DNA of 64,000 nucleotides. Source: an uncultured Candidatus Rokubacteria bacterium (GTDB taxonomy: Bacteria; Methylomirabilota; Methylomirabilia; Rokubacteriales; CSP1-6). The notes below the pieces were generated by a model. That model worked only from the letters and a program-made list of their open reading frames with translations. It ran no database searches and was not told where the DNA came from. The stretch covers positions 608,001 to 672,000 of the forward strand of contig CAVXJS010000021.1 in the NCBI GenBank assembly GCA_963762145.1, in the 5' to 3' direction. Positions 29,592-39,153 of the stretch are shown here, one piece after another (positions within the stretch are counted from its first letter, which is position 1; each line of letters starts with the position of its first letter). A program made the translations under genes and the position numbers.

Positions 29592-31098
29592 TTAACTCCG
29601 AGGTGAGCGCGCCGCCTCGATCGCGGCGGCGAGCCGCTCCATGCCGCGGCGCGCCGCCTCGGGGCGCACCGCGGCGAAGCCCAGCACCAGCGCGTTGACG
29701 CGCGGGCCGCGGCGCGCGAAGTAGGCGGACAGCGGCGTCGCCTCCACGCCCCGGGCGGCCGCCTCCCGCGAGACGCGCGCCGCGTCGGCGCCCTCGAGAT
29801 CGGCGATCGCGTGCAGGCCGGTGCGGGTCGGCCGCAGCCGGAGCGCGCCGCCGCAGTACCGCGGCCGCCGCGGCGGTGAGCGCCTCGAGGCGCTCGCGGT
29901 AGGCCGACGCGCATGCGCCGCAGGTGGCGCGCGAAGTGGCCCTCGCCGATGAAGTCGGCCAGCACCGCCTGGTCGAGCACCGGCGGATGCTGGTCGGCGG
30001 CGGCGCGGGCCGCCACCAGCCCGTCCTGCAGGTCGGGCGGCACGATCAGGAAGCCCAGGCGCAGCGCGGGGAACAGCGTCTTGCTGAAGCTGCCGACGTA
30101 GATCACGCGGCCGTCGACGTCGAGCCCGTGCAGGCAGGGGACCGGCCGGGCGCCGTAGCGGAACTCGCTGTCGTAGTCGTCCTCGATCACCCATGCGCCC
30201 GCGCGGCTCGCCCAGCGCAGCAGGGCCAGCCGCCGCGGCAGGCTCATGGGCACGCCCAGCGGGATACTGGTGCGACGGCGTCACGTAGGCCAGCCGCGCA
30301 TCGCCCGCCCCGCGGGCGCCCGTCTCGACGGCGAGGCCCTCGGCGTCCACCGGGACCGGGACGATCCGCGCGCCCGCGCCGAGCAGCGCGCTGCGCGCGC
30401 CCGGGATAGCCCGGCTCCTCCATCCAGACGCGATCGCCCGGATCGAGCAGCACGCGGCTGATCAGCTCGAGGCCCTGCTGCGCGCCGGCCACGATCAGGA
30501 CCTGATCGGCGCTGACAGCGGGTGCCCGCGCGCGGCCTGCACGTGGTCGGCGATGGCCTCGCGCAGCGCGCGAAGGCCGGCCGGCGTCGCCGTAGTCGAG
30601 CTGGGCCGGCGTGATCGACGCGCAGCCGCCGGCTCGCGAGCCGCGACCAGAGCGCGCACCGGGAAGAGATCGACCGCGGGGGTGCCGATGCGGAAGGCGC
30701 GCGGCGGGCCCGCGAGCCGGTGGGCGCCCTGGGGCGCCGCCACCAGCGCGGCCCCGCGGCGCGAGAGGGGCGGATGCTTCGGCGGCGCGGCGCGGCCGGG
30801 CCGTCGCGCCGGCGCAGGCAGATCGTCCGGCAGCTCGTCGGCCACGAAGGTGCCGGAGCCGCGGCGCGCCGGTGAGGTAGCCCTCCGCCTGGAGCTGCTG
30901 GACCGCGAGCAGCGTGGTGGTGCGGGACACGCCGAGGTCGTCGGCCAGGGCGCGGGACGAGGGCAGGCGCGTGCCGGGCCCCAGGACGCCGTCCAGGATC
31001 GCCCGCTGGATGCTCGCGTAGATCTGCCGCTGGAGCCCGCCGCGCTGGCGCGGATCGAGGCGGATCAGGAGGCTCGTCGGGCGCTTCGAAGTGGCCAT
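29592..31098 (-). CDS. MocR/GabR-family PLP-dependent regulator (multiple frameshifts)
   Basis: LPSSRALA..VSRTT wHTH, EEPGY, YVTPSHQ, IEDDYDSE, GSFSK. Confidence 0.85.
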
Positions 31099-31130
31099 AC
31101 CGTGCGCGCCCCCCGCAGGCTCGCCCGATG

Positions 31131-31171
31131 ATACCAGCAAGTGGCTACATGCCTTCTCGCCGGAACTGGCT
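31131..31171. promoter_or_regulatory. Putative MocR-family operator (direct repeats)
   Basis: ATACCA, then AAGTGGCT (31139) and AACTGGCT (31164) in the divergent intergenic region. Confidence 0.45.
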
Positions 31172-31208
31172 CTTCGCGTTCGCCGGCGCGCGCCGGACAC
31201 TCGTGGCC

Positions 31209-31903
31209 ATGACAACCGGTGCTGCGCGGTCGTCGAGCTAGACAGTACACGCTGCATCCCGGGCCGCGGGACACGCTGGTCCGGACTCTTCGACGAGCAC
31301 TTCGTCGAGGGTCAGGAGCGGTGCGGCATGCGCGTCATCGGGCAGTTCCGCGACCTCGACGATCCGGACCGCTTCGTCTGGCTCCGTGGCTTCGCGGACA
31401 TGGAGGCGCGGACGCGGGCGCTCGAGGCCTTCTACGGCGGCCCGGTCTGGAAGGAGCACGGGCCCGCCGCCAACGCCACCATGGTGGACCACACCGACGT
31501 GCTGCTGCTCCGGCCGGCCGGCGAGTCGGACGGGTTTCGCTTCGATCCGCGTCTGCGGCCGGAGCCGGAGAGCCCGGCCGTCGCGGGCGGCGTGGTGATC
31601 GCCACGATCGACCACCTGAGCGGCCCGCCGTCGCCCGACGTCGTCGCGGCCTCGGGCGACGCGCGCGCGCTGGCCCGGCTCGTCACCGAGCGGGCGCCGA
31701 ATCCGTTCCCCCGGCTGCCGGTGCGCGAGGACGCGAACGTCCTCGTGACCGTCTTCTCGTTCGCCGCGGCCGACGCCTATCATCCCGCTCCGGTCCCCGC
31801 CCCCGGCGTCGACCGCCGCGAGCTCCTGCGCCTGCAGCCCACCCGCCGCTCCTACCTCCGCCACACCCTCCGCCCTCTCACCGAAGAGGAGAAGGCAGGG
31901 TGA
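31209..31903 (+). CDS. NIPSNAP family protein (5' frameshifts)
   Basis: RQYTLHPG.RDTL, GQFRDLDDPDRFVWLRGF, FYGGPVW, ANATM. Confidence 0.8.
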
Positions 31904-31905
31904 GG
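31873..31905 (+). repeat. Degenerate REP copy within NIPSNAP 3' end
   Basis: ccctctcaccgaagaggagaaggcagggtgagg, 2 mismatches to the reverse complement of REP 58074-58113. Confidence 0.7.
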
Positions 31906-31913
31906 AGAGCGAC

Positions 31914-32396
31914 ATGACGCCCACGCCCGATCGCGACGGCTCGCACGACTTCGACTTCCAGACCGGCCGCTGGCGCATCCGCAACGAGCGGCTGAAGACG
32001 CGCCTGCAGGGGTGCACGGAATGGGAGACGTTCGAGGCGAGCCAGGAGGCACGCCTGCTTCCGGGCGGGCTCGGCAACATCGACGATTTCGTCACCGACC
32101 ACTGGCCCGGCTTCGTCGGGATGTCCCTGCGCCTGTACAACCGGCGCACCGGCCGGTGGAGCATCTACTGGGCGAGCAACCAGATCGAGGGGCTCGAGCC
32201 GCCGGTGGTCGGGTCGTTCGAGAACGGCGTCGGCGTCTTCGAGGGCCGGCAGGAGCTCGAGGGCCGGCCGATCCTGGTCCGGTTCACGTGGTCGGACATC
32301 ACGCGGAACGGGGCCCGCTGGGAGCAGGCGTTCTCCCCCGACGACGGCAAGACCTGGGAGAAGAACTGGGTCATGACCATGACCCGCGTGGAGTGA
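31914..32396 (+). CDS. DUF1579-like conserved protein
   Basis: HDFDFQTGRW, WSIYWA, ARWEQAFSPDDGKTWEKNW. Confidence 0.8.
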   Translation: MTPTPDRDGSHDFDFQTGRWRIRNERLKTRLQGCTEWETFEASQEARLLPGGLGNIDDFVTDHWPGFVGMSLRLYNRRTGRWSIYWASNQIEGLEPPVVGSFENGVGVFEGRQELEGRPILVRFTWSDITRNGARWEQAFSPDDGKTWEKNWVMTMTRVE

Positions 32397-32400
32397 GCGC

Positions 32401-32691
32401 GTGGAGCTGTTCATCTTCGGACGATTTCACGCGGGGCCCGGGAACGAGCGCGCGCTGGACGAGGCGCTCGGCCAGGTCGTCGGTCCCTCCCGCGCGGAGG
32501 CCGGATGCCTGAGCATCCAGGCGTTTCGCTCGACCCGCGACCCGCGCCTCTTCTACATCCACTCGCGCTGGGTGGACGAAGCGGCCTTCGAGCATCACGC
32601 GACCCTGCCGCACACGGTACGCTTCATCGAGCGCGCGCAGGCGCTGATCGACCACCCGCTCGATGTGACCCGCGCGCGGCCCGTTGCCTAG
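32401..32691 (+). CDS. Antibiotic biosynthesis monooxygenase
   Basis: SRAEAGCL, WVDEAAFEHHA. Confidence 0.8.
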   Translation: MELFIFGRFHAGPGNERALDEALGQVVGPSRAEAGCLSIQAFRSTRDPRLFYIHSRWVDEAAFEHHATLPHTVRFIERAQALIDHPLDVTRARPVA

Positions 32692-34315
32692 GGCTCGGCG
32701 CGGCCCTTCGTGGCGAACTGCCGCTCGTACAGCCCGCGCAGCTCCTCCAGCGTGGTGGCCTGGCCGGGCGCCTTGTCCTCCCGGATGCGCGTGATGCGGG
32801 CGAAGCGGAGCGCGAAGCCGGAGGGATAGGTGGGGCTCTTCTGGATCTCGTTGTACTCCACCTCGACCACCACCTCGGGGCGCACCCGCACCGTGTAGCC
32901 GTCGTCGGCGGTGGCCAGCGCCCGCAGCCGCTCGGTCATCTCGGTGAACTCGCGATCGGTGAGCCCCTTGAAGGTCTTGCCCACGTCGGCCCAGCTCTCC
33001 CTGTCGCGCACCGCCAGGTGGTAGTTCGAGAGCCAGCCCACGCGACGGCCGGAGCCGCGGTCGGCGGCGACGATCACGCAGTCCACGCTCTGCGCGGCCT
33101 TGAGCTTGAACCACCGCTTGCCGCGGCCGCCCGGCTCGTACGTGCTGCGCGGGTCCTTGGCCATCACGCCCTCGTGGCCGGCGGCCAGGGCGCGGGCCAT
33201 CACCGCCTGGCCCTCCGCCGCGCTCGTGATCATCGCGCGCTCGGCGAGCCAGCGGCCGCCGGTCAGACGCTCGAGGGCCTCCCAGCGCGCGGCGTAGGGC
33301 TCATCGAGCAGCGAGCGGCCGTCGGCCATCAGGCAGTCGAAGAGATGCAGCGTGAGCGGCAGCTCGGCCGCGGCGGCCTCCACGCCCCGCACGCGGCGGA
33401 AGCGGCGCATCAGCTCCTGGAAGGGGAGCGGCCGGCCGCCGGCGTCGAGGGCCACCACCTCGCCGTCCAGGATGAACGGGGCGCCGCCGAGATCGCGCCG
33501 CGCGATGGCCACGATGTCGGGCAGGCTCCGCGTGACGTCGGACATCCGCCGGCTCCAGATCGCCACGCGGTCGCCGTCGCGGTGGAGCTGGATGCGCGCG
33601 CCGTCGTACTTGTACTCGAAGGCCGAGGCCCCGCCGTGGGCGGCCAGCGCCTCGTCCACGTCGCCCGCGATCTCGGCCAGCATCGGCAGCAGCGGCACGA
33701 AGACCCGCGGCGCCGCGGCGGCCAGGGCCTCCGCCCCCTGCCCCAGCGCGAGCGCGGCCACCGTGGTGAGATCGCCGGTCACCAGGGCGGCGCGGCGCAC
33801 CGCCGCCGGCGCGACGCCGGCCGCCTCCGCGATGGCCTCGAGCACGAGCCCTTCCGAGAGGCCCATGCGCATCTCGCCGAAGATCACGCGCTGGAGCAGA
33901 TCACGCTCTTCCGGCGACGCCCGCGCGGCCAGCTCGCCGAGGCGCGCGTCCCGCACCTTCCGCGCGCCCGCCCCGCTCGCCTCCGCCACCGCCCCGAACG
34001 CCTCCGCCACATCCGCCAACCTCAACTCCCCCCTCCCCAACTCCCCCTCTCCCCTCCGGGGAGAGGGCAGGGTGAGGGGCCTGGTGATGAGGGATCTGGT
34101 GGTGAGGGATCTGGTGGTGAGGGCAGCCCCCGCACGTTCAGCACCCGCGGGTCAGACACGGGGAACGCGCGCCCACTCAGATACGTCACGGCCAGCCGCA
34201 GATCCTCGGGCGAGAGCCCGCGCAGGTAGTCGGCAACCAGGCGCCGCTTCTCGAGCCGGCCGGGGCTCGCGGCTACGCGGGCGCGAAGAGCCGTGAGCTC
34301 GGAGAGCAGTGCCAT
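32688..34315 (-). CDS. ATP-dependent DNA ligase (REP insertion; homopolymer frameshift ~34045)
   Basis: EYKYDGARIQ, LDGEVV, EGVMAK, WFKLK, ALRFARI..REDK; N-terminus RLEKRRLVADYL. Confidence 0.9.
34044..34081 (-). repeat. REP palindrome inside ligase gene
   Basis: Exact 38-bp reverse complement of 34648-34685. Confidence 0.9.
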
Positions 34316-34346
34316 GCGCGCATTATCCTCCTCCCCGGCGTGGCCA

Positions 34347-34571
34347 CTAGCCTGGCGAGGGTGGGATGTCTCGCTGGACGTCTCGCTTGTCTGGGTCCTG
34401 CTCGCCCCGTACCGGCGGCATCGGCGCGCGGTGGCGCATGGCGAGATACACGAGGCCGGCGAATCCACATACGAGAGCCACCAGCACGATGCTATCCGCT
34501 GGCCCTGCCCACCAGACCCGGATCGCCACCAGGGCAGTAACGAAGGGGATCAGCCACCATAGATGCTTCAT
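34347..34571 (-). CDS. Small hypothetical membrane protein
   Basis: Two TM helices, GGAGG RBS. Confidence 0.65.
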   Translation of the reverse strand: MKHLWWLIPFVTALVAIRVWWAGPADSIVLVALVCGFAGLVYLAMRHRAPMPPVRGEQDPDKRDVQRDIPPSPG

Positions 34572-34647
34572 CCGGGGGCCTCCTTCCTCGCCGACTCGTC
34601 GTACGTGGAGAGGGTAGCGCGACTCCCGGCGCAGGGTCAGTCTCCCC

Positions 34648-34685
34648 GGCCCCTCACCCTGCCCTCTCCCCGGAGGGGAGAGGGG
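34648..34685 (+). repeat. REP palindrome
   Basis: ggcccctcaccctgCCCTCTCCCC-gga-GGGGAGAGGGg. Confidence 0.9.
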
Positions 34686-34686
34686 T

Positions 34687-35925
34687 TCAGGCGGGGAGGA
34701 GGACGAGGAGAAGCCAGCCCACCAGGAGGGTCAGCACGGTGATCGGCACGCCGACCTTGCTGTACTCGAGGAACCCGACCGGGATGCCCGCGCCGCGCGC
34801 CTGCTCCACCACGATCAGGTTGGCCACCGAGCCCAGGATCGTGAGGTTGCCCGCGAGGGTCGAGGCCATCGCGAGCAGCAGCCAGGCCCGGACCGGCTCG
34901 CCGAAGGTCGGGATCACGCTCTTGAAGAGCAGCACCGCCGGGACGTTGGAGACCAGGTTCGAGAGCAGCGCGGTGACCACCGTGAGCACGAGCGGCCGGT
35001 GCAGCCCGGCCGCGGAGGCCCAGCCGAGCGCCTCGGCGGCCAGGCCCGTCTCCTCCACCGCGCCGATCACCACGAAGAGGCCGGTGAACAGCACGAGCAG
35101 CCCCCAGTCGATCTCGCGGTAGACCTTCTCCGGGTTCACCCGCCGCGTGAGCAGCGTGCAGGCGGCGCCGCCGATGGCCACCACCGCGATCGGCACCCCG
35201 GCCAGGAACGCCACCAGCATGATCGCCACCGCGATGATGGTCTTGATCATCAGGGGGTAGTGCACCGCGAAGCGGTCCTCGAGGTCCGCGGCGGGCAGCG
35301 CCTCCGGGAGCTGGCGGCGGTACACGAGCCAGATCACGCCGAACACCAGCGCGAGCCCGATGACCGCGACGGGCGCCTCGCGCAGCAGGAAGGCGCGGTA
35401 GCTGATCCCGGAGAAGCTGCCCACCAGCATGTTCTGCGGATTGCCGGTGAGGGTGGCCACGCTGCCCACGTTGGCCGCGGTGGCGAGGGCGATCAGGTAC
35501 GGCACCGGCGGCAGGCGGAGCTGGCGGGCCAGGTCCAGCACGATCGGCGCCATCACCAGGCACACCACGTCGTTGACGAAGAGCGCGGAGAGCAGGCCCG
35601 CCGCGACGATGATCAGGGCCAGCAGCCCGACCGGCGTGTGGGCCCGCCGCACCGCCGCGTAGGTCACGAGCCGGAAGAAGCCGGACAGACGCAGGTAGGC
35701 GGCCACGATCATCATGCCGAAGAGGAGCACCAGGGTGTGGGCGTCCACCGCGGCCACCGCGCGCTCCCACGGCAGGACCCCGGTCACCACGACGAGCGCG
35801 CCGCCGATGATGGCGACGCCGGTGCGGTCCACGCGGAAGAGCGGCAGGCGGCCGAGGGCCAGGCCCAGATAGGTGCCGACGAGCGCGACCAGCGCGATCA
35901 GCCGCTCGAGGTACAGCTCAGCCAT
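34687..35925 (-). CDS. ArsB/NhaD-family (SLC13-like) anion transporter
   Basis: SALFVND, ANVGSVATLTGNPQN, LSNLVSNVPA, STLAGNLTILGSVAN. Confidence 0.9.
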   Translation of the reverse strand: MAELYLERLIALVALVGTYLGLALGRLPLFRVDRTGVAIIGGALVVVTGVLPWERAVAAVDAHTLVLLFGMMIVAAYLRLSGFFRLVTYAAVRRAHTPVGLLALIIVAAGLLSALFVNDVVCLVMAPIVLDLARQLRLPPVPYLIALATAANVGSVATLTGNPQNMLVGSFSGISYRAFLLREAPVAVIGLALVFGVIWLVYRRQLPEALPAADLEDRFAVHYPLMIKTIIAVAIMLVAFLAGVPIAVVAIGGAACTLLTRRVNPEKVYREIDWGLLVLFTGLFVVIGAVEETGLAAEALGWASAAGLHRPLVLTVVTALLSNLVSNVPAVLLFKSVIPTFGEPVRAWLLLAMASTLAGNLTILGSVANLIVVEQARGAGIPVGFLEYSKVGVPITVLTLLVGWLLLVLLPA

Positions 35926-35946
35926 CTCGGGCTCGCCCGCGGGGCG

Positions 35947-37560
35947 TCAGTAGCCGATCGCGGCGCCGTCGCTCCGCGGGTCGGCTCCGCCCACGCGCGC
36001 GCCGGTTTCGGGATCGATCGTGATGCCGTGGGCGTGCCCCGCGAGCTCGTTCCACGCCTCCCAGCGATTGACCTCGTGGCCCCGCCGCGCCAGCTCCGCG
36101 ATGGTGGCGGGCGCGAACCGGCCCTCCAGGTTCAGCACCTCGCGCGCGTCCCCCAGGGCGAAGCGCCCGGCGAGCCAGCGCGGCGCCTCGACGGCCTGCT
36201 GGATGTCGAGCCCGAAATCGATCAGCCCGGTATACACCTGCAGGTGGATCTGCGGCTGGCCGTCGGCGCCCATGCAGCCCACGACCTGCCAGAGGCGCCC
36301 GTCCTTGAAGGCCAGCGACGCGATCAGCGTGTGCAGCGGCCGCTTGCCGGGCTCGAGGCGGTTGGGATGCGCGGGATCGAGCGAGAAGTAGGCGCCGCGG
36401 TTCTGGAGCACGACGCCGGTGCGGCCCGCCACCACGCCCGAGCCGAAGCCGAAGTAGAGGCTCTGGATCAGGGAGACCGCGTTGCCCGCGGCATCGACGG
36501 CCGCCACGTAGACCGTGTCGCCGGTCAGCGTGCCGCTCGACGGGACGCGATCCCAGGGCAGCGCGCGCTCGGCGTCCATGAGCGCCCGGCGCTCGTCCGC
36601 GTACGCGCGCGACAGCAGGCGCTCGACGGGCACCGGCGCGAACTCGGGATCGGCCACGAGCCGGTCCCGGTCGTGGAAGGCGATCTGCTTGGCCTGGACC
36701 AGCAGGTGCACGTGATCCGGCCCCAGGAACGGCAGCGCGCCGATGTCCCACGGCTCGACCAGCCGGAGCGCTTGCAACACCGACACACCCTGGCTCGGCG
36801 GGGGCGTCTCGTGGATGGTGACGCCGCGATAGGCGGCGTGGATGGAGTCGCCCCACTTCGCGTGCTGCGCCGCGAAGTCGCGCTCGGTGTAGAAGCCGCC
36901 GTGCTCGCGCGCGTGCCGCGCCATCTCGCGCGCGGTCTCCCCCTCGTAGAAGCCGGCCCGCCCCGCGGCCGCGCGCTCGAGCGTGCGCGCCAGATCCGGA
37001 TTGGTGAGCCGGCGGCCCACCGCCGGCCTCGGCCCGCCCGCGAGGAAGATGCGCGCCGCCGCCGGATCCGCCGCGAGCACGCCGGCCGAGCGCTCGATCC
37101 ACTCCGCGAGCCGCCGCGTGACCGGGAAGCCGTCGCGCGCGTAGCCGACGGCGGCGGCCAGGTCGGTGGCGAGCGGGAGCCGGCCGTAGGCCGCGTGCGC
37201 CTGGTACCAGCCGTCCACCGCGCCGGGCACGGTGAGCGTGGCGGGCACGATCCCGCGCACCGGGATCTCGCGGAGCCCGCGCGCCGCGAACCAGTCCCCG
37301 GTCGCGGCGGCCGCCGCGCGCCCCGCCGCCTCCAGCGAGCGCACCGCGCCGGTGCCCGCGTCGTGGATCAGCCAGAAGGCGTCGCCGCCGAGGCTCGTCA
37401 TGTGCGGGTAGATGACGGAGAGGACGGCGGCGGCCGCGATCGCGGCATCCACCGCGGAGCCGCCGGCCTGCAGGATCGCGACCCCCGCCTGGGAGGCGAG
37501 CGTGTGCGGCGAGGTGACCATGCCGCGGTACGCGAGCGTGGCCGGGCGACCGCTGTCCAC
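35947..37560 (-). CDS. ggt: Gamma-glutamyltransferase
   Basis: GGSAVDAAIA, LGGDAF, GDTVY catalytic Thr, PGKRPLHT, GGADPR. Confidence 0.92.
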   Translation of the reverse strand: MDSGRPATLAYRGMVTSPHTLASQAGVAILQAGGSAVDAAIAAAAVLSVIYPHMTSLGGDAFWLIHDAGTGAVRSLEAAGRAAAAATGDWFAARGLREIPVRGIVPATLTVPGAVDGWYQAHAAYGRLPLATDLAAAVGYARDGFPVTRRLAEWIERSAGVLAADPAAARIFLAGGPRPAVGRRLTNPDLARTLERAAAGRAGFYEGETAREMARHAREHGGFYTERDFAAQHAKWGDSIHAAYRGVTIHETPPPSQGVSVLQALRLVEPWDIGALPFLGPDHVHLLVQAKQIAFHDRDRLVADPEFAPVPVERLLSRAYADERRALMDAERALPWDRVPSSGTLTGDTVYVAAVDAAGNAVSLIQSLYFGFGSGVVAGRTGVVLQNRGAYFSLDPAHPNRLEPGKRPLHTLIASLAFKDGRLWQVVGCMGADGQPQIHLQVYTGLIDFGLDIQQAVEAPRWLAGRFALGDAREVLNLEGRFAPATIAELARRGHEVNRWEAWNELAGHAHGITIDPETGARVGGADPRSDGAAIGY

Positions 37561-37562
37561 GA

Positions 37563-38070
37563 TCAACTGAGCGGACGCTCCATCCAGACGTCGGCCCGAG
37601 GATTGCGGTTGTAGTCCGGAATCTCCTCGAACCCGTAGCGGCGATAGAGCTTCACCGCCACCGCCAGCCGGTCGCGCTCGCTGTCCAGCCGCAGCACGCG
37701 GCCGCCCAGCGCCCGCGCCTCGTCGAGGCAGCGGTCCATCAAGCGCGGCGCCAGCCCGCGCCCGCGGCAGTCCGGGCGCAGCCACATGCGCTTGAGCTCG
37801 GCCACGCCCGGCGCGAGCCGCCGCACCGCCGCGGTGCCCACTACCTCGCCCGCGGGGTCCACGACGACCAGCATCACGCCCGCGACGCCGTCGTACTCGC
37901 CCTGCCAGTCCGCCACGTCGTGGTCGAGCCCGTCGGGGTCCACGTCCTCGCCGAGGAAGGCGAAGTAGGCGGCGAGCTCGCGCACCACGCCCTCGTGATC
38001 GGCCGGGCCCGCGCGGCGCACCTGGTAGTCGCCCGCGGGCGCGGCCGGGAGGGCTATCGCTTGCGGGCAT
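37563..38070 (-). CDS. GNAT N-acetyltransferase
   Basis: AELKRMWLRPDCRGRGLA, LYRRYGF; start uncertain. Confidence 0.8.
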
Positions 38071-38662
38071 GGGAGGCGAGGCCGCGCTCCCAGAGGTACT
38101 CGGTCTCGCCCAGATGCTTGCCGACCCAGCGCGAGAGCACGAAGAACAGGTCGCTCAGCCGGTTCACGTACTTGAGCGGCCACTCGCCGATGTCCTCCGT
38201 CCGCGAGAGCGCGAGCACGCCGCGCTCGGCGCGTCGGCACACCGTGCGGGCCTGGTGGAGGAAGCCGCCCACCGGCCCGCCGCCCGGCAGCACGAAGGAC
38301 TTGAGCGGGGCGAGGTCCTTCTGGCACTCGTCCATCAGCTTCTCGAGCGCGGTGACCTCGGCGGCGCCCACGCGAAACATGCCCTCGTAGAACGACTCGC
38401 GCGGGGTGGCGAGCTCGCTGCCCAGATCGAACAGCTCGTTCTGGATCCGGCGCAGGATCTCGTCGAGCCGACGATAGTTCTTGCCGCGCTTGAGCCGGGG
38501 CGCGTTGAAGGCCCGCGCGAGACCGACGATCGAGTTCAGCTCGTCGATGGTGCCGTAGGCCTCGATGCGCGGCGAGTCCTTGGGCACGCGGCGCCCGCCG
38601 ACGAGCGCGGTCGCGCCGTCGTCGCCGGCGCGCGTGTAGACACGGTTGATGCGGACGGGCAT
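38054..38662 (-). CDS. pduO: Cob(I)alamin adenosyltransferase
   Basis: VYTRAGDDG, YGTIDELNS, ARTVCRRAER, NRLSD. Confidence 0.92.
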   Translation of the reverse strand: MPVRINRVYTRAGDDGATALVGGRRVPKDSPRIEAYGTIDELNSIVGLARAFNAPRLKRGKNYRRLDEILRRIQNELFDLGSELATPRESFYEGMFRVGAAEVTALEKLMDECQKDLAPLKSFVLPGGGPVGGFLHQARTVCRRAERGVLALSRTEDIGEWPLKYVNRLSDLFFVLSRWVGKHLGETEYLWERGLASHARKR

Positions 38663-38709
38663 GACGGCTCCTCCCGCGCCGAGGCTAGCACAGGTGCTAG
38701 ACTCTGACC

Positions 38710-39150
38710 ATGAGCGACTGGCGCGCGAACCTCGTCACCACCCCCGACGACGTCGCGCAAATCGTCCGCGAGAACACGCGCATCGCGGTGCTGGGGATCA
38801 AGACCGAGGCGCAGCGCGATCAGCCCGCGTTCTACGTGCCCGAGTACATGGCGCGCGCCGGCTACGACATCGTGCCGGTGCCGGTCTACTACCCGGAGGC
38901 GACCGAGATCCTCGGCCGCCCGGTCTTCCGCACCGTGAGCGCGGTGCCCGCCCCGGTGCAGATGGTCAACGTGTTCCGGCGGCCGCGCGACATTCCTCCC
39001 CACGTGCAGGACATCCTGGCCGCGCGGCCCCGCGTGGTCTGGCTCCAGCTCGGCATCCGCCACGACGAGGCCGCCGAGACCTGGGCGAAGGCGGGCATCC
39101 AGGTCGTGCAGGACCGCTGCCTGCTGGTGGAGCACCGCCGCCTGCGGTAG
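38710..39150 (+). CDS. CoA-binding protein (YccU-like)
   Basis: IAVLG, VNVFRRP, VWLQLGI, VVQDRC. Confidence 0.88.
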   Translation: MSDWRANLVTTPDDVAQIVRENTRIAVLGIKTEAQRDQPAFYVPEYMARAGYDIVPVPVYYPEATEILGRPVFRTVSAVPAPVQMVNVFRRPRDIPPHVQDILAARPRVVWLQLGIRHDEAAETWAKAGIQVVQDRCLLVEHRRLR

Positions 39151-39153
39151 GCG

